Below, piece after piece: positions 1 to 10,286 of a stretch of 64,000 bases of DNA; within the stretch, counting starts at the first letter, position 1; every line of letters starts with the position of its first letter. Origin of the DNA: a virus; IMG/VR virus record IMGVR_UViG_3300027996_000023, positions 6,910 through 70,909 of that record. One strand, given 5' to 3'. A program made the translations under genes and the position numbers. Below the pieces are notes generated by a model, which was given only the letters and a program-made list of their open reading frames with translations, searched no databases and was not told where the DNA came from.

Positions 1-3000
1 TCTCAAGAAGTCGGCATGCCAATGTCCTTCGTAATTAGAGAACCTATTAGGTAGAAGCTCACTTCTCATACCAATAGCATACGGATTATTAGGTTCAATT
101 GTTATACTTGGGCAATGAAATTGCTTGTCGCTCTGAATATCTATATTGAAATACATTTTTGTAGCCCTTGGGTATCTATTGGCTACAACGTCCACTTCCG
201 AGGAGTATTGAACTCCATAGAAGTTACTCCTTGGCACGTTGTCGCTTTCGTGAACCCACAAGGCTCCATCTTGAAAAGATACCAATTTTTGCCCTACTAT
301 CCCATAGTATTCTGGGATATGAGAAAGGTATGTATTCCACCCATTTTTAGGTTCATCAAAACTTATTGTTGCTGCTGGCCTTCCTGTAATATCTGGAAAA
401 GTTATCAGGTAACACTTAAATTCCCTGTCAAATATACCTAAAACATCGTTATTCTTAGGACTTATTGCTATAAAATCTTTCCCTAAAGCATTAAATTCTA
501 ACACTTGCTTGTATTCGCTTATTTCAGTTAGGCCGTTTGTTGCATACCTCCAAGCTATTCCCTGCCTTGCGTCAAACCCGTATGCATACTTACCATCTGT
601 GGCAATAGAAGAAGGGTGCTGGGTGCCCCAGTCTTGTATTAACTCATTGGCCATGTTCATAGTTCGGTCAGACCGCCCAATCTGCTCTCTTCCGGACAAA
701 CTAAGCACATTGTCCTTGCCTACATAGAATGGCTGTATTTTAAACTCGCAAATCGACAACAAAACTTCGCCTACATAAGCAAGTTTTTTTATTATCCCTA
801 ACCTAGCGTCTAAGAACTGTTGGTCAGATGCTATAAAAGACGATAGGCCATTTTTGCTTGTCCCTGGTACAAATATATCACTAAATGTTATTTTGTTGTA
901 GTAAAATCTTTCTCCAAAGTCATCATCCCTAACGTTTGGTCTGCCTATATCCTCGTTCATACTGTCAAACCTGTCGGACATGCTGGCATTCTCTACCAGT
1001 ACGTTATATACAGACCCTTCTTGGACGCTAAAAAGTCTCTTCCTCCAAAACGTATCTCCTCCAACTAAAAACCCTTTTGCTGGTTGCCCTCCTGTTTGGT
1101 TCTGCACAGGACCACTATGCCTTCTGCCTGGCGTATAAGGGTCTATAATGTCGTGACATTCACCTATTTCATAAAAAAGAATCTCCTCTGTCCTTTTTGG
1201 GGAGTACATCTCTACCATCCAACCAGGCAATATCTCTCGAAACAACTCCACTCCATCTAATATAATCCAGTATTCAGAGTCAACATCTATATACTTTCCT
1301 TGTATCTCAAAGTCTAATATCTTATCAGTAGCTACTAATTCGTCTGCTTCGTCAAGAATAAATCGAACCCGATCTCTTATTTCCGCAGAAAACTCATTGT
1401 CGCTTTCGTTTCTAAAAAACCATATAGCTGCGTCATCCTCTTGGAGGTCGCTAAATATACTTGAAACCTTTAAATGTATATGTGTAAAGTTTGCACTACT
1501 ATATGGCGTTGATATTGGAGGGGAAGTGACTGCATCGTAAATAACGTAATCAATGTCATTTATTTTTAATTGAAGATACCTTCTGTAAAAGCTGTCTTTT
1601 GTTCTTACTAATCGATAATGATGTGCCCAAATAGGGGGAGTTCCATCTAACTGCCAAGACGTATAACTTTTCCCGTAAAACCCTCTTTCTGTGTGGAATG
1701 GTATTCTTAATGTGTTGCCTTCTACGACTGTCGATTTTCTATTATACACATCCTCATAAACAACACCTGTTCTGTATGTCCCACCAGCTTTAAGGTACTT
1801 CTCTTCTATTGTCAGGGCCCCGTTAAACCCATAGATAAAGTCAGGAACTTCATAAGGAACGATAGCGGTATATGGGGCGCAGAAACTATCTATGTCCAAT
1901 AAATGACTAATTGGGTTTGGGGGGAAATCTGCACACTTGTCTAATAGATATTGAGGGAACAGTGTATCGTCATCTCTTACGAATTTATCCCAAGGGCAAT
2001 ATACAGCGATAGCATAATTGCCATTTGCGTCTGTTTCTTCTTGCCGACCATTTCTTTCAATGTTAATTAAGGTCCTATTTACCCCAATACCAGTACCTTC
2101 AAGTATAGATCCTTGGGCCGTTGTTTTGTTGTTATCGGTAAATTCAAAATCCTTGTTGAACATTAGCCAAGTTTCAGCAGTATTTTGTGCACTGTGGATT
2201 TCGCCATTAGCTGCATAAGTTACCTGAAGCTCAGGGTAGCTTGGAGCGTCCCACAATCCATCATACCCTGTGGTGTACATGTCACCAGAGTACTTTGTTG
2301 TGGGTCCAGATGGAACTGTTAGTGTCCTAAATAATGGAGAGTTGCATACATCAGGAACAGTTGGTGCCCATTGCCTAAACCTATTAGGCAAAGGGTACAC
2401 TATGCTATCATGGTTTGTAAAATCCCAAACAAAATAGAAATAACCATTATGGTCAGTTTCTAGTATTTGGTTTTGCCAAGTTGTGGCACCTCCCAAAAAT
2501 ACCCCTGTCTGTACTTCAAGAAAGATCTTCTGCCGTTCTTGTGCTATTGCTGCTTGCCTGTCTGCTTTGCTAGTGGGGTTTGCCTCGTTATCCAACAAAT
2601 AACCTTGCATCCCCCCTCTGTGGTCCATACCAGTAGTGGTAGGAACGTTGATTGGCACTTGAAACCAATTTATATTCGCTATTAAAATTGGTCCATACCC
2701 TACTTCTGTATCAAGATCAAAGACAAGTGTAGCTCCTGTTATGTCTATGACCCTTTCGTATGGTACTCCAGATGCAGCGAGGCTGCCAGCGCAATTAAGA
2801 ACAGGGGCAGACGTTCTTTGATAGGCTTTACCATTCGCTATGTTATGGATGGTACCCCTTGAGTCATCTTTGCATACGTTAAAACTGGCTACACGTAGTA
2901 TATACTTGCCCCTTGGTACATCTTTTATTTCAAAAGAGCCATCCCTATCTATATTTGGAACTATTATGTTGTTTTTACTGGTTCCAAAGTAATCTGTCCC

Positions 3001-4707
3001 AGCTAAATAAACAACAAAGCCTGGTAGTTGCTCAGTAGGGTCAGTGTTAAGGTTGTACCCTCCGATAACTCTAGTGGTTACTGGATCGTACAAGGTAAAT
3101 TCTGTCCATATTACCCCATCATCAAGATAGCCGGAATTATTACTATTAACCCCAGACCATATCTGCTGATTAGGCAAGCCTGTGGTGTCAATAACCACTG
3201 TTCCTTTTATTGTAACTAAACAGCCATCTTCATAAAGAGGATCTAGGTTTATTGACAAGTCTATGCATTTCTCTATATCGTAGTTCTCTAAGTTTGCACC
3301 TGTAAATACCCTACCCTTTCCTTCTCGGTTTGACACAAACTCCATGTTCCCTGTTAGCCTAGGAACGTTGTCAAAATGTTTTATTGACTGTATTGATGGG
3401 TCTGACGATAAATCATCACTTTCAACTATTGCATAAAGTCTGTCGTTAAAAAATGTCAATTCGTTGCTTCTTATTCCTATTTCACACAACTCAAGCCAAT
3501 CTATTGTACTGAAGGCCCCTTGGGTCCCAATTCTAAAAGCTATCTCTACCCTTGACAAGACACATCGCCAAGATACTTGATTTAATATACCTTGAGTGTA
3601 GGTTACAATTATTGCGTTTTGAGTTCCTACGAAATTTCCATCCAGGTCTAAAGGAACAGGAAACACAGATATGGCAGACCAAGCACTTTTTTCGCCATCG
3701 TCATACCACCATCTAACTCGAAATTGGAACATTTCATTGTTTACATTGTTCGATTTTGTTAAATCGTCTAACGTGTACCTCACCGTAGGCTCGCACTGAG
3801 GTGGCCTTTTTATTAAGCTGATATGCTGCTCCTCCAGAAAGTACTTTACCGACCCTGTTCCGTAGCTTATTGGGTAATGGTCTGTTGGTACCAAAAGCAT
3901 ATCATTCTCTATTGCATCCGCAGAAAACAACACTAATTCCACTGTTTTCCCATACCTTGGGTCGGTACATAGAACCAACTTGCATTCACAAAACTCTATA
4001 GTGACAAACCAAGAGGACAGCAAAAGGTTTAATTTGTCGCTCACAAACTCCAAAAAACCATCTGGGTCATTCTGGAACGGAAGCAACTCCGCAGCAGTTA
4101 TAAGTAGATTAGAAGAAACATCTTCATCCCTCACTGTGAAATTTATTCCGCTTGGAGGGACTGTATTTAAAAAACTTGCAGCAATGTCTGTTTGTAGTTC
4201 ATAACATAAACTTCTGTTCGTGACATTAGCCTTTTCTATGTTGATTTTCCTAGGAGGATTGCCTTCTATAGTACCTTTTTCTGTGTAAGCATCTGTCCAA
4301 TACAAATACTTTAAGTCAATCAAAAAGGCATGGTTTATTTTCCATTCTTTTTTGAAGTTCAGTATGCTGCCTTGGGCAATTAACTGTATTTCTCCATTTG
4401 GATTAAGACCTACATTATTAGGGTAATACCTCAGTATCGTGTGCTCCCCTGTGTTATTATAAACAAAGTAAACGACTGTTTTGCACCTGTCATCTTCTGC
4501 CGTACCTATACATGTGTTGTTTCCAAAAGGAAGTTGATACAACACTTCTTCATTTCCCTTTACCGCAGTACACGTACCAGCTATACTCCCATACCCATTG
4601 CGGATATTTAGTGCATACCTGTAGTCTTGAGGGTCCACAAGTGTTAAGTCACTATCCCCATCCATCATTCTTAAAGGCACATTTGGTGCATATTCTTGTT
4701 GGGCCAT
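1..4707 (-). CDS. crAss-like tail stabilization (muzzle) protein, >1569 aa, 3' end outside window; missing from ORF track
   Basis: Manual translation from ATG at 4707: MAQQEYAPNVPLRMMDGDSDLTLVDPQDYRYALNIRN...LYWTD...NPPRKINIEKA...MFQFRVRWWYDDGEKSAWS...KYLKAGGTYRTGVVYEDVYN. The same frame is open at spot-checked positions (3721, 1741, 1). Motifs (YRYALN, LYWTD..NPPRKIN, YxxGVVYxD) and position next to ring proteins resemble crAss-like stabilization proteins. Confidence 0.8.
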   Translation of the reverse strand, partial: MAQQEYAPNVPLRMMDGDSDLTLVDPQDYRYALNIRNGYGSIAGTCTAVKGNEEVLYQLPFGNNTCIGTAEDDRCKTVVYFVYNNTGEHTILRYYPNNVGLNPNGEIQLIAQGSILNFKKEWKINHAFLIDLKYLYWTDAYTEKGTIEGNPPRKINIEKANVTNRSLCYELQTDIAASFLNTVPPSGINFTVRDEDVSSNLLITAAELLPFQNDPDGFLEFVSDKLNLLLSSWFVTIEFCECKLVLCTDPRYGKTVELVLFSADAIENDMLLVPTDHYPISYGTGSVKYFLEEQHISLIKRPPQCEPTVRYTLDDLTKSNNVNNEMFQFRVRWWYDDGEKSAWSAISVFPVPLDLDGNFVGTQNAIIVTYTQGILNQVSWRCVLSRVEIAFRIGTQGAFSTIDWLELCEIGIRSNELTFFNDRLYAIVESDDLSSDPSIQSIKHFDNVPRLTGNMEFVSNREGKGRVFTGANLENYDIEKCIDLSINLDPLYEDGCLVTIKGTVVIDTTGLPNQQIWSGVNSNNSGYLDDGVIWTEFTLYDPVTTRVIGGYNLNTDPTEQLPGFVVYLAGTDYFGTSKNNIIVPNIDRDGSFEIKDVPRGKYILRVASFNVCKDDSRGTIHNIANGKAYQRTSAPVLNCAGSLAASGVPYERVIDITGATLVFDLDTEVGYGPILIANINWFQVPINVPTTTGMDHRGGMQGYLLDNEANPTSKADRQAAIAQERQKIFLEVQTGVFLGGATTWQNQILETDHNGYFYFVWDFTNHDSIVYPLPNRFRQWAPTVPDVCNSPLFRTLTVPSGPTTKYSGDMYTTGYDGLWDAPSYPELQVTYAANGEIHSAQNTAETWLMFNKDFEFTDNNKTTAQGSILEGTGIGVNRTLINIERNGRQEETDANGNYAIAVYCPWDKFVRDDDTLFPQYLLDKCADFPPNPISHLLDIDSFCAPYTAIVPYEVPDFIYGFNGALTIEEKYLKAGGTYRTGVVYEDVYNRKSTVVEGNTLRIPFHTERGFYGKSYTSWQLDGTPPIWAHHYRLVRTKDSFYRRYLQLKINDIDYVIYDAVTSPPISTPYSSANFTHIHLKVSSIFSDLQEDDAAIWFFRNESDNEFSAEIRDRVRFILDEADELVATDKILDFEIQGKYIDVDSEYWIILDGVELFREILPGWMVEMYSPKRTEEILFYEIGECHDIIDPYTPGRRHSGPVQNQTGGQPAKGFLVGGDTFWRKRLFSVQEGSVYNVLVENASMSDRFDSMNEDIGRPNVRDDDFGERFYYNKITFSDIFVPGTSKNGLSSFIASDQQFLDARLGIIKKLAYVGEVLLSICEFKIQPFYVGKDNVLSLSGREQIGRSDRTMNMANELIQDWGTQHPSSIATDGKYAYGFDARQGIAWRYATNGLTEISEYKQVLEFNALGKDFIAISPKNNDVLGIFDREFKCYLITFPDITGRPAATISFDEPKNGWNTYLSHIPEYYGIVGQKLVSFQDGALWVHESDNVPRSNFYGVQYSSEVDVVANRYPRATKMYFNIDIQSDKQFHCPSITIEPNNPYAIGMRSELLPNRFSNYEGHWHADFLR

Positions 4708-4710
4708 GTT

Positions 4711-5514
4711 TTACCGTTCTGGTGATGATTTGTAACCTCTCCTTATTGCTGCATGCCAATCCTTTAAGCTATATCTGTCGTAATTCCTTTTCAATTCATA
4801 ATACTCTCTCTTAAAGGCTCGTAGGTCAAATTGCTTATTGGTTCCTATTTGAGAGGCTACTTTATGCATTAAAGTAGTTCTTGCTTCTCTTGGTATTAAA
4901 GCATAATCTTTTGTTGTCAAGGTAGCACTATACTCTACTACCAATTCTTTGTCTACTGCCACATCGCATCCAGCGCCAAGTATTAGTCGACCATTTTGGT
5001 TATCTACATCATAAGTGCCGCCTATAAATTGATTCTTAGGTTGATACCCATACAAATAAGTAGGATATTCATTTAGATAGCTGCCAGAGTGTCCACTAAA
5101 GTTATGGAACGTACACGCTGGGCAGCAATTGTCTGTGTCACTCGCTGTTTCTTCGCTGCCTTCCTCTTTGTCGCAAGTGCAACATTGGATAGGAGGGTCT
5201 TTTGGAAATGCTGCCTTGCATAGGTCGTGATTGCGACCTAATAATCTTATCTCTCTGCCGCAGCACACTCCTACTTTACTTATCTTCCAGAAGTCTTTTG
5301 GAAGGTCCACTGTGAAGTTGTCATTTATCTTGAGCAAGGCAGACTTTATATTAGGCAACACCTTTAGGCTTAGGTCATCAAGAGCTAAACCTAAAAAGCG
5401 AGTAACCTTAACATAGAGTTTACTCGCTTGGTCATCTCCAAGATAGCTACAGATTAACCGAACTGTCTCGTCCATAGACACAAACGCATTGTTATTATCT
5501 GATTCTATCATCAT
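4711..5514 (-). CDS. putative tail ring/tubular protein
   Basis: 267 aa, immediately upstream of the stabilization gene; LPKDFWKISKVG resembles the LPxDyv motif of podovirus ring proteins; contains a Cys-rich insert. Confidence 0.55.
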   Translation of the reverse strand: MMIESDNNNAFVSMDETVRLICSYLGDDQASKLYVKVTRFLGLALDDLSLKVLPNIKSALLKINDNFTVDLPKDFWKISKVGVCCGREIRLLGRNHDLCKAAFPKDPPIQCCTCDKEEGSEETASDTDNCCPACTFHNFSGHSGSYLNEYPTYLYGYQPKNQFIGGTYDVDNQNGRLILGAGCDVAVDKELVVEYSATLTTKDYALIPREARTTLMHKVASQIGTNKQFDLRAFKREYYELKRNYDRYSLKDWHAAIRRGYKSSPER

Positions 5515-6157
5515 TATGGTTATTTAGTCCATCAGCAGGTCGATCAGCTTCTTGCTGAAAGAATACGGTTGCTCTATTAACAACATCAATTTCTAAACCA
5601 GAAGGCAATGGCACTATTTCGTCAGCATCCAAGTCCTCGTAAGAAGGTACGTAAGACACCCTAATCTCTTCTACCGCATGAGATATGCCTTTAAAGTATA
5701 TCTTTTGCACTCCCTGGTCATTCTCGTAAAACCAACGTGTTTCTTCTGCCATTAAGTGACTTAATCCTACGCCATCATACCTACTTGCTAGTTTTACAAA
5801 TGGCCTATCTCCTCTGTCTGCTGTTGGCTTTTTTGGTCCAACCTCTGCAATACCATAGATCTTATCCATCAATAAAGGTTTTTTGATAAATCTTGCAAAC
5901 TTTAAGCCTACGTTACTATCTGTTTCTACCTTTAAAAATTCTGTTATTAAGAAAGACCCATCAATCCCAGAAGTTCCAACCCGGTCTTGTCGATCCTCTT
6001 GCCTTCTTCTTCTGCTATCCTCTAATACAACCGCAGGGATCAAATTAGCTATATAGATAATTATATCCTCTATTTGTACGTCAAAATCCTCTGTAGGTTG
6101 CCCTCCAGAGATATTAAGAAGCACTTGGTCAGCCATTTGTTTTTGTGTGTACGGCAT
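5495..6157 (-). CDS. putative tail ring protein
   Basis: 220 aa; helical N-terminus, beta-rich middle and C-terminal PLP-helix layout; synteny with neighbouring ring-like genes. Confidence 0.5.
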   Translation of the reverse strand: MPYTQKQMADQVLLNISGGQPTEDFDVQIEDIIIYIANLIPAVVLEDSRRRRQEDRQDRVGTSGIDGSFLITEFLKVETDSNVGLKFARFIKKPLLMDKIYGIAEVGPKKPTADRGDRPFVKLASRYDGVGLSHLMAEETRWFYENDQGVQKIYFKGISHAVEEIRVSYVPSYEDLDADEIVPLPSGLEIDVVNRATVFFQQEADRPADGLNNHNDDRIR

Positions 6158-6187
6158 TATATCTTTTTATAGTTAAAATCCGCTTTA

Positions 6188-6943
6188 CTATTGCCTATTA
6201 CTGTATTGGTGCTGCTGCATAACCCACTGTATCAGTGCTGTCTCTCTTACCTCTATCCCTTTGAACATCAACATTAAGGACACTAATTGAGGTTGCTCTT
6301 GTTCATTCCATGCTAAATCAACAGAAGGATTGATGAGTGCATCCGTAGGGTTAAAATCTTCTTCTTGATTAGCTATATCTAACGTAGTGTTGTATAAAGC
6401 TTCTGTAGGGTCTGCGATGTATTTCCACTGCACAAAACCATTAAGCTCTTTAGGGTACACCTTTATTTTATTATTCACCAACTCATAAGCAAACTTACCC
6501 GTACCTTTTTCTAGGTTAATCTTAGGTTTTCTTATTGACGAACTAAGTGTTTTAAGCACTTCATTCGAGTTTAGATGTTGCATCCCTCTAACGTCAACAG
6601 TAGGATTACCCACAATGCAATTATTCCCTATATTTGCTATGTCGCAATCCGCAGCTTTTTTAGTAGAATTTTTAGTAAAGCAATAGCCAGCTTCTAGTTT
6701 ATGCCTATAATCAGTTGGAAACTCGCAGAATTGATTAAGTATAGGCAAATTTGTTACCTTAATAAAAGGCTCCAAGCTATCTAAGGCCCTTTGATGCTGC
6801 TCGAACATCTTGTAATAATAGTCCATCAATAGGGTTTGCGCTTCTGACAAGTCTCTATTGAACTCTTCAGAACTCATGTACCCAGCCTTGTCCTTTCTGG
6901 ACAAGTCTCGAACTCTATTGAAAACTTTTTGTACGCTTATCAT
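6188..6943 (-). CDS. putative tail ring/head-tail adaptor protein
   Basis: N-terminus MISVQKVFNRVRDLSRKDKAGYMSSEEFNR resembles the V...NK...GY.TPxEFN start of crAss-like/flavophage ring proteins; FPTDY and YIADP motifs. Confidence 0.65.
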   Translation of the reverse strand: MISVQKVFNRVRDLSRKDKAGYMSSEEFNRDLSEAQTLLMDYYYKMFEQHQRALDSLEPFIKVTNLPILNQFCEFPTDYRHKLEAGYCFTKNSTKKAADCDIANIGNNCIVGNPTVDVRGMQHLNSNEVLKTLSSSIRKPKINLEKGTGKFAYELVNNKIKVYPKELNGFVQWKYIADPTEALYNTTLDIANQEEDFNPTDALINPSVDLAWNEQEQPQLVSLMLMFKGIEVRETALIQWVMQQHQYSNRQ

Positions 6944-6944
6944 A

Positions 6945-7367
6945 TTAAGTCCCTCCTAATAGGCCATCAATTAATGGAGCACCGCCAGTAAGCTCGGTCA
7001 TTCGTTCACTACTTGCATGGGCAAGTAGACCATTTATGTCATCTGCTGTTATGTAATCTAACGCTGCGCCTCTTGACAATGTTTGGTTAAACCAAAATTC
7101 TTTTCTAAATGTGTAGTTGCCCCCTATTTTAGTTATGTTTTCTTTGATCAAACGTTCTATCCTCACTCTTTGTTCTGGAGTGTTAGCATATAGCCCTTGG
7201 CTATGGGCTGTAGCTTCTTTTCTACTTGGTTCTGAAGAGCTTGCGTTCTCCTCTAAGTCATTTATGTAGAAAGATGGGTACTGCTCTCCACCAGTTTGCC
7301 TTACACCAAACACCATTACCACTCCGTTGTTGTTGCCCAAATAAGCATCGAAATCTGCCATAATCAA
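6945..7367 (-). CDS. hypothetical protein (structural module)
   Basis: 140-aa ORF, start overlaps the upstream stop. Confidence 0.5.
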   Translation of the reverse strand: MIMADFDAYLGNNNGVVMVFGVRQTGGEQYPSFYINDLEENASSSEPSRKEATAHSQGLYANTPEQRVRIERLIKENITKIGGNYTFRKEFWFNQTLSRGAALDYITADDINGLLAHASSERMTELTGGAPLIDGLLGGT

Positions 7368-8941
7368 TCTAAATTAAACGTACCATTAGTGAATACAATA
7401 TCTCCAACAATGTACAAGGCATTAGCCGTAAATAATAAATTTCTTACCACCCCAAATCCTCCTAATTGCAAACTTCCTATGCATTCCCCATTTGCATTGT
7501 AACACCCAACGGAAGGTCCACTGCGAGTGAACGAATTGGTAGGTATCACAATAGGAGATACAACTGTGGCATCAAACAAGCATATCGGAACCCCTATAGA
7601 AGCTAAATTAACCCTAAATGAACCATCCACCACTACCCTGTCAAAGAACTCATTTTTAGCCCATCTTATTGGCAATGGCACCGTTGACACTACAACCCCA
7701 AACCCTGCAACCATCTTTGCGTCTGTGGACACCGTATAGGCCCCATACTTAAAAGGGTTATCGTCAAAAGTTATTTTCCTTTCCGTAGCTGTTGACCCAG
7801 GACCAACTGTTAGGTAATCCGAAGAATTGTTTCCTGTATCTACCACTAAAGATTGAAGTCCCGAAGTCACTAAGGCTGTAAATGTTGCGTCAAGGCTTAT
7901 TGTAGCTGTACTTCCTACAGTGTTTACTACGATTGGTGCATTACCGTTCACAGTATTAACCCCTGATCCACCTGCACACACAGCAACCAGCTTGATTATC
8001 TGAGTAGATGACTCTGAATCGCACCCACAATCACACCCTGTAACCTCTTGCACTTTTTTAAATATCTTCTCCAGCAAAGTAGTATTGTTGCACTTAGCGG
8101 CAAAGGAGTACATTGTTAGAAGGTTCTCTATGCAAAGCCACTTCTCCAGTTTTTCAAAAGGAAGGTTTTGTATGCCCCCTACATCACTAGCGTCTTTCTT
8201 GCACTTCTCGAAGAACGCTTCAATGCAATCAAATAGTTTACACAAATTATGATCACACACTACTTGGTATGCCTCGGTAAAGCACAAGCTCTCTCTAATT
8301 ATAACATCTGGAAACCCAGAAGGGGACGATACTGCTACATGCTCATAAACAGAATACAAGTTAGCATTGTAGGTGACCCCAGAATAGGAAAAACTAAAAG
8401 ATGCCGAAGCGTCTGGAGTTACAATATTAACAGGTGCGGCTTGGCCCGGTATTGTTGGGGGAACAATAGTCAACTCTCTTGATACAAACGCTACATCGCT
8501 GTAGTCTGTTAAGTCCGTAACGGTCATTTGTAAGCAGAAGCAATCTACATCAAAATTTATCAACCCCTTCTTGACGCAGGTGTCTTGCCCTTGATTTAGA
8601 ATATCTAACGTGAATGTTAGACTTACTTCTATAAAGACACCTGGTGCAGCAGTATCTTCCACGCTAAATAGCACAACGTAATCTCCTTCTTCAAAATCGC
8701 CATTGGCCACTACAGGTAGTGGTACCAATGGCATATTTGCAGATGGTTGAGCCAAAAAGATAGTCCCATCCGGTGTAACCAAATCGGTAGATTTGATTAT
8801 ATTCCCAGAGGGAGAAGTTACTTGGTAGTACACATTTTCAGTGATACCCCCGATTGTTGTATTTTCAAAACTTGACTCAATATTGCCATAGTTAGCATCC
8901 TTTTCGTCTAAGTTTATTAAAATAGTCGGTACATAGGCCAT
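7364..8941 (-). CDS. putative virion structural protein (beta-rich N-terminus, Cys-rich CDCGCD middle)
   Basis: 525 aa, located between capsid and ring genes. Confidence 0.5.
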   Translation of the reverse strand: MAYVPTILINLDEKDANYGNIESSFENTTIGGITENVYYQVTSPSGNIIKSTDLVTPDGTIFLAQPSANMPLVPLPVVANGDFEEGDYVVLFSVEDTAAPGVFIEVSLTFTLDILNQGQDTCVKKGLINFDVDCFCLQMTVTDLTDYSDVAFVSRELTIVPPTIPGQAAPVNIVTPDASASFSFSYSGVTYNANLYSVYEHVAVSSPSGFPDVIIRESLCFTEAYQVVCDHNLCKLFDCIEAFFEKCKKDASDVGGIQNLPFEKLEKWLCIENLLTMYSFAAKCNNTTLLEKIFKKVQEVTGCDCGCDSESSTQIIKLVAVCAGGSGVNTVNGNAPIVVNTVGSTATISLDATFTALVTSGLQSLVVDTGNNSSDYLTVGPGSTATERKITFDDNPFKYGAYTVSTDAKMVAGFGVVVSTVPLPIRWAKNEFFDRVVVDGSFRVNLASIGVPICLFDATVVSPIVIPTNSFTRSGPSVGCYNANGECIGSLQLGGFGVVRNLLFTANALYIVGDIVFTNGTFNLD

Positions 8942-8946
8942 TTTAA

Positions 8947-10206
8947 TTATTTTTTAGCACTCGCTCCTAATCTTTTCCCATTGATCTTTTGGGAAATTTT
9001 CTTTAGTAGTTCTGGTTTGTTGCTCAACTCTGCCTCTACTTCTGCACTCCATGTTGCAAGTTCTGCAACCATGAATGGGTCCGAGGCCAGACCATTCTTA
9101 GATTTTGGATCATACAAATAAACCCCTTTATCTACAACATTGTAAACTATTGCTGAAAGGCGTACAGCTTCTTGCACTACATCCCCTATGCTCATTTGAG
9201 ATACCTTCTTTTTCTTTGCCGATTGCTGTCTCATCTCGTCCTCAAATTCGTTCACAGTGTTTTCATTGGTTCTGTCTCCATACCTAATAGCATTTTTGAT
9301 ATAAGTATGGTAGGTATCCCAATTGCTAACCATGTGGTCAACTAAGAAGTCTACTGGGTGCTTATGTCTTGGCACTTTGCAAATCTCGCCAGTCATCTCC
9401 ATTTTAGGTTTCCAGTAGTACACTGTTCTCTCCCCAACTTGTTTTTTAACAAAGTAGCCCTTATCCAGGCATTCTTGGACCTGTCCTCTGATCCCAGAAT
9501 AAGGGGCATTAAAGTCAGATTCAAACTTCTTGAAGTTCTGTCCATTTACTCCAGCAATCGCAGCGTCTAACTTTTCAGATAGCACTTTTCTCACAGATTC
9601 ATCTTGCATGTTATCAACATTGTTGATACCTAACCCTTTAGCACGAAGTCTTAGAATCATAACAGGATCGCTAAATATCTTATTATACAAGTAGCTTTGC
9701 TCTCTTTTGCTATCAAGATAAACTTTTGCTTCTTTGCCATGCAGCTTCAACCCATACATCTTTTCGCCATCACTATCGGCTAAAGGAGAAGTATGGCATT
9801 GATGATGCAATGAAAAGTACACGATTTTATCCATGTACTTATCTACATCATAACTTGCAACCATTCGATCAGAAGTCACCTTTCTTGGCGTAAGCATAGG
9901 GTACGGCTTGCCCGTATCCTTGTCTTTCTTCATTATTTTTTTATCGAAATAGGTAATAGTGATAGTATCACCACCCTTTGTCTTAGTGAATGTCGAGGGT
10001 AAGCTAAATTGCTTAATCATCCTCTTTTGACCACGAATTGTTTTGCGCTTTGAACTATGAAGTTCAAACTGGACGTTCTTGCCAAGTCGCTCTTTTTTGT
10101 CAAACAATTCTACAGCTACTTCAAATAATTCCGCAACCTGTTTGCCTGACATTTGCGCATCGTCATAAAACTTGTCTTTCCAAGTCCCATCTAATATTAA
10201 CCCCAT
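8947..10206 (-). CDS. conserved protein downstream of MCP (positional equivalent of crAss-like gene 75)
   Basis: 419 aa; synteny only. Confidence 0.4.
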   Translation of the reverse strand: MGLILDGTWKDKFYDDAQMSGKQVAELFEVAVELFDKKERLGKNVQFELHSSKRKTIRGQKRMIKQFSLPSTFTKTKGGDTITITYFDKKIMKKDKDTGKPYPMLTPRKVTSDRMVASYDVDKYMDKIVYFSLHHQCHTSPLADSDGEKMYGLKLHGKEAKVYLDSKREQSYLYNKIFSDPVMILRLRAKGLGINNVDNMQDESVRKVLSEKLDAAIAGVNGQNFKKFESDFNAPYSGIRGQVQECLDKGYFVKKQVGERTVYYWKPKMEMTGEICKVPRHKHPVDFLVDHMVSNWDTYHTYIKNAIRYGDRTNENTVNEFEDEMRQQSAKKKKVSQMSIGDVVQEAVRLSAIVYNVVDKGVYLYDPKSKNGLASDPFMVAELATWSAEVEAELSNKPELLKKISQKINGKRLGASAKK

Positions 10207-10230
10207 ACCATCTACAATTTAAGGTTTTTT

Positions 10231-10265
10231 AAAAATAGCAACCTTGCATCAAGCAAGGCTGCTTT
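10231..10265 (-). terminator. intrinsic terminator after MCP
   Basis: Minus strand AGCAGCCTTGC-TTGAT-GCAAGGTTGCT followed by ATTTTT, ~20 nt after the MCP stop. Confidence 0.7.
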
Positions 10266-10286
10266 ATGATTATATCAAACATAAGC

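Noticed and set aside
115-4814. Short plus-strand ORFs in the ORF track
   Set aside because: Antisense shadows of the long minus-strand ORF from 4707 to <1
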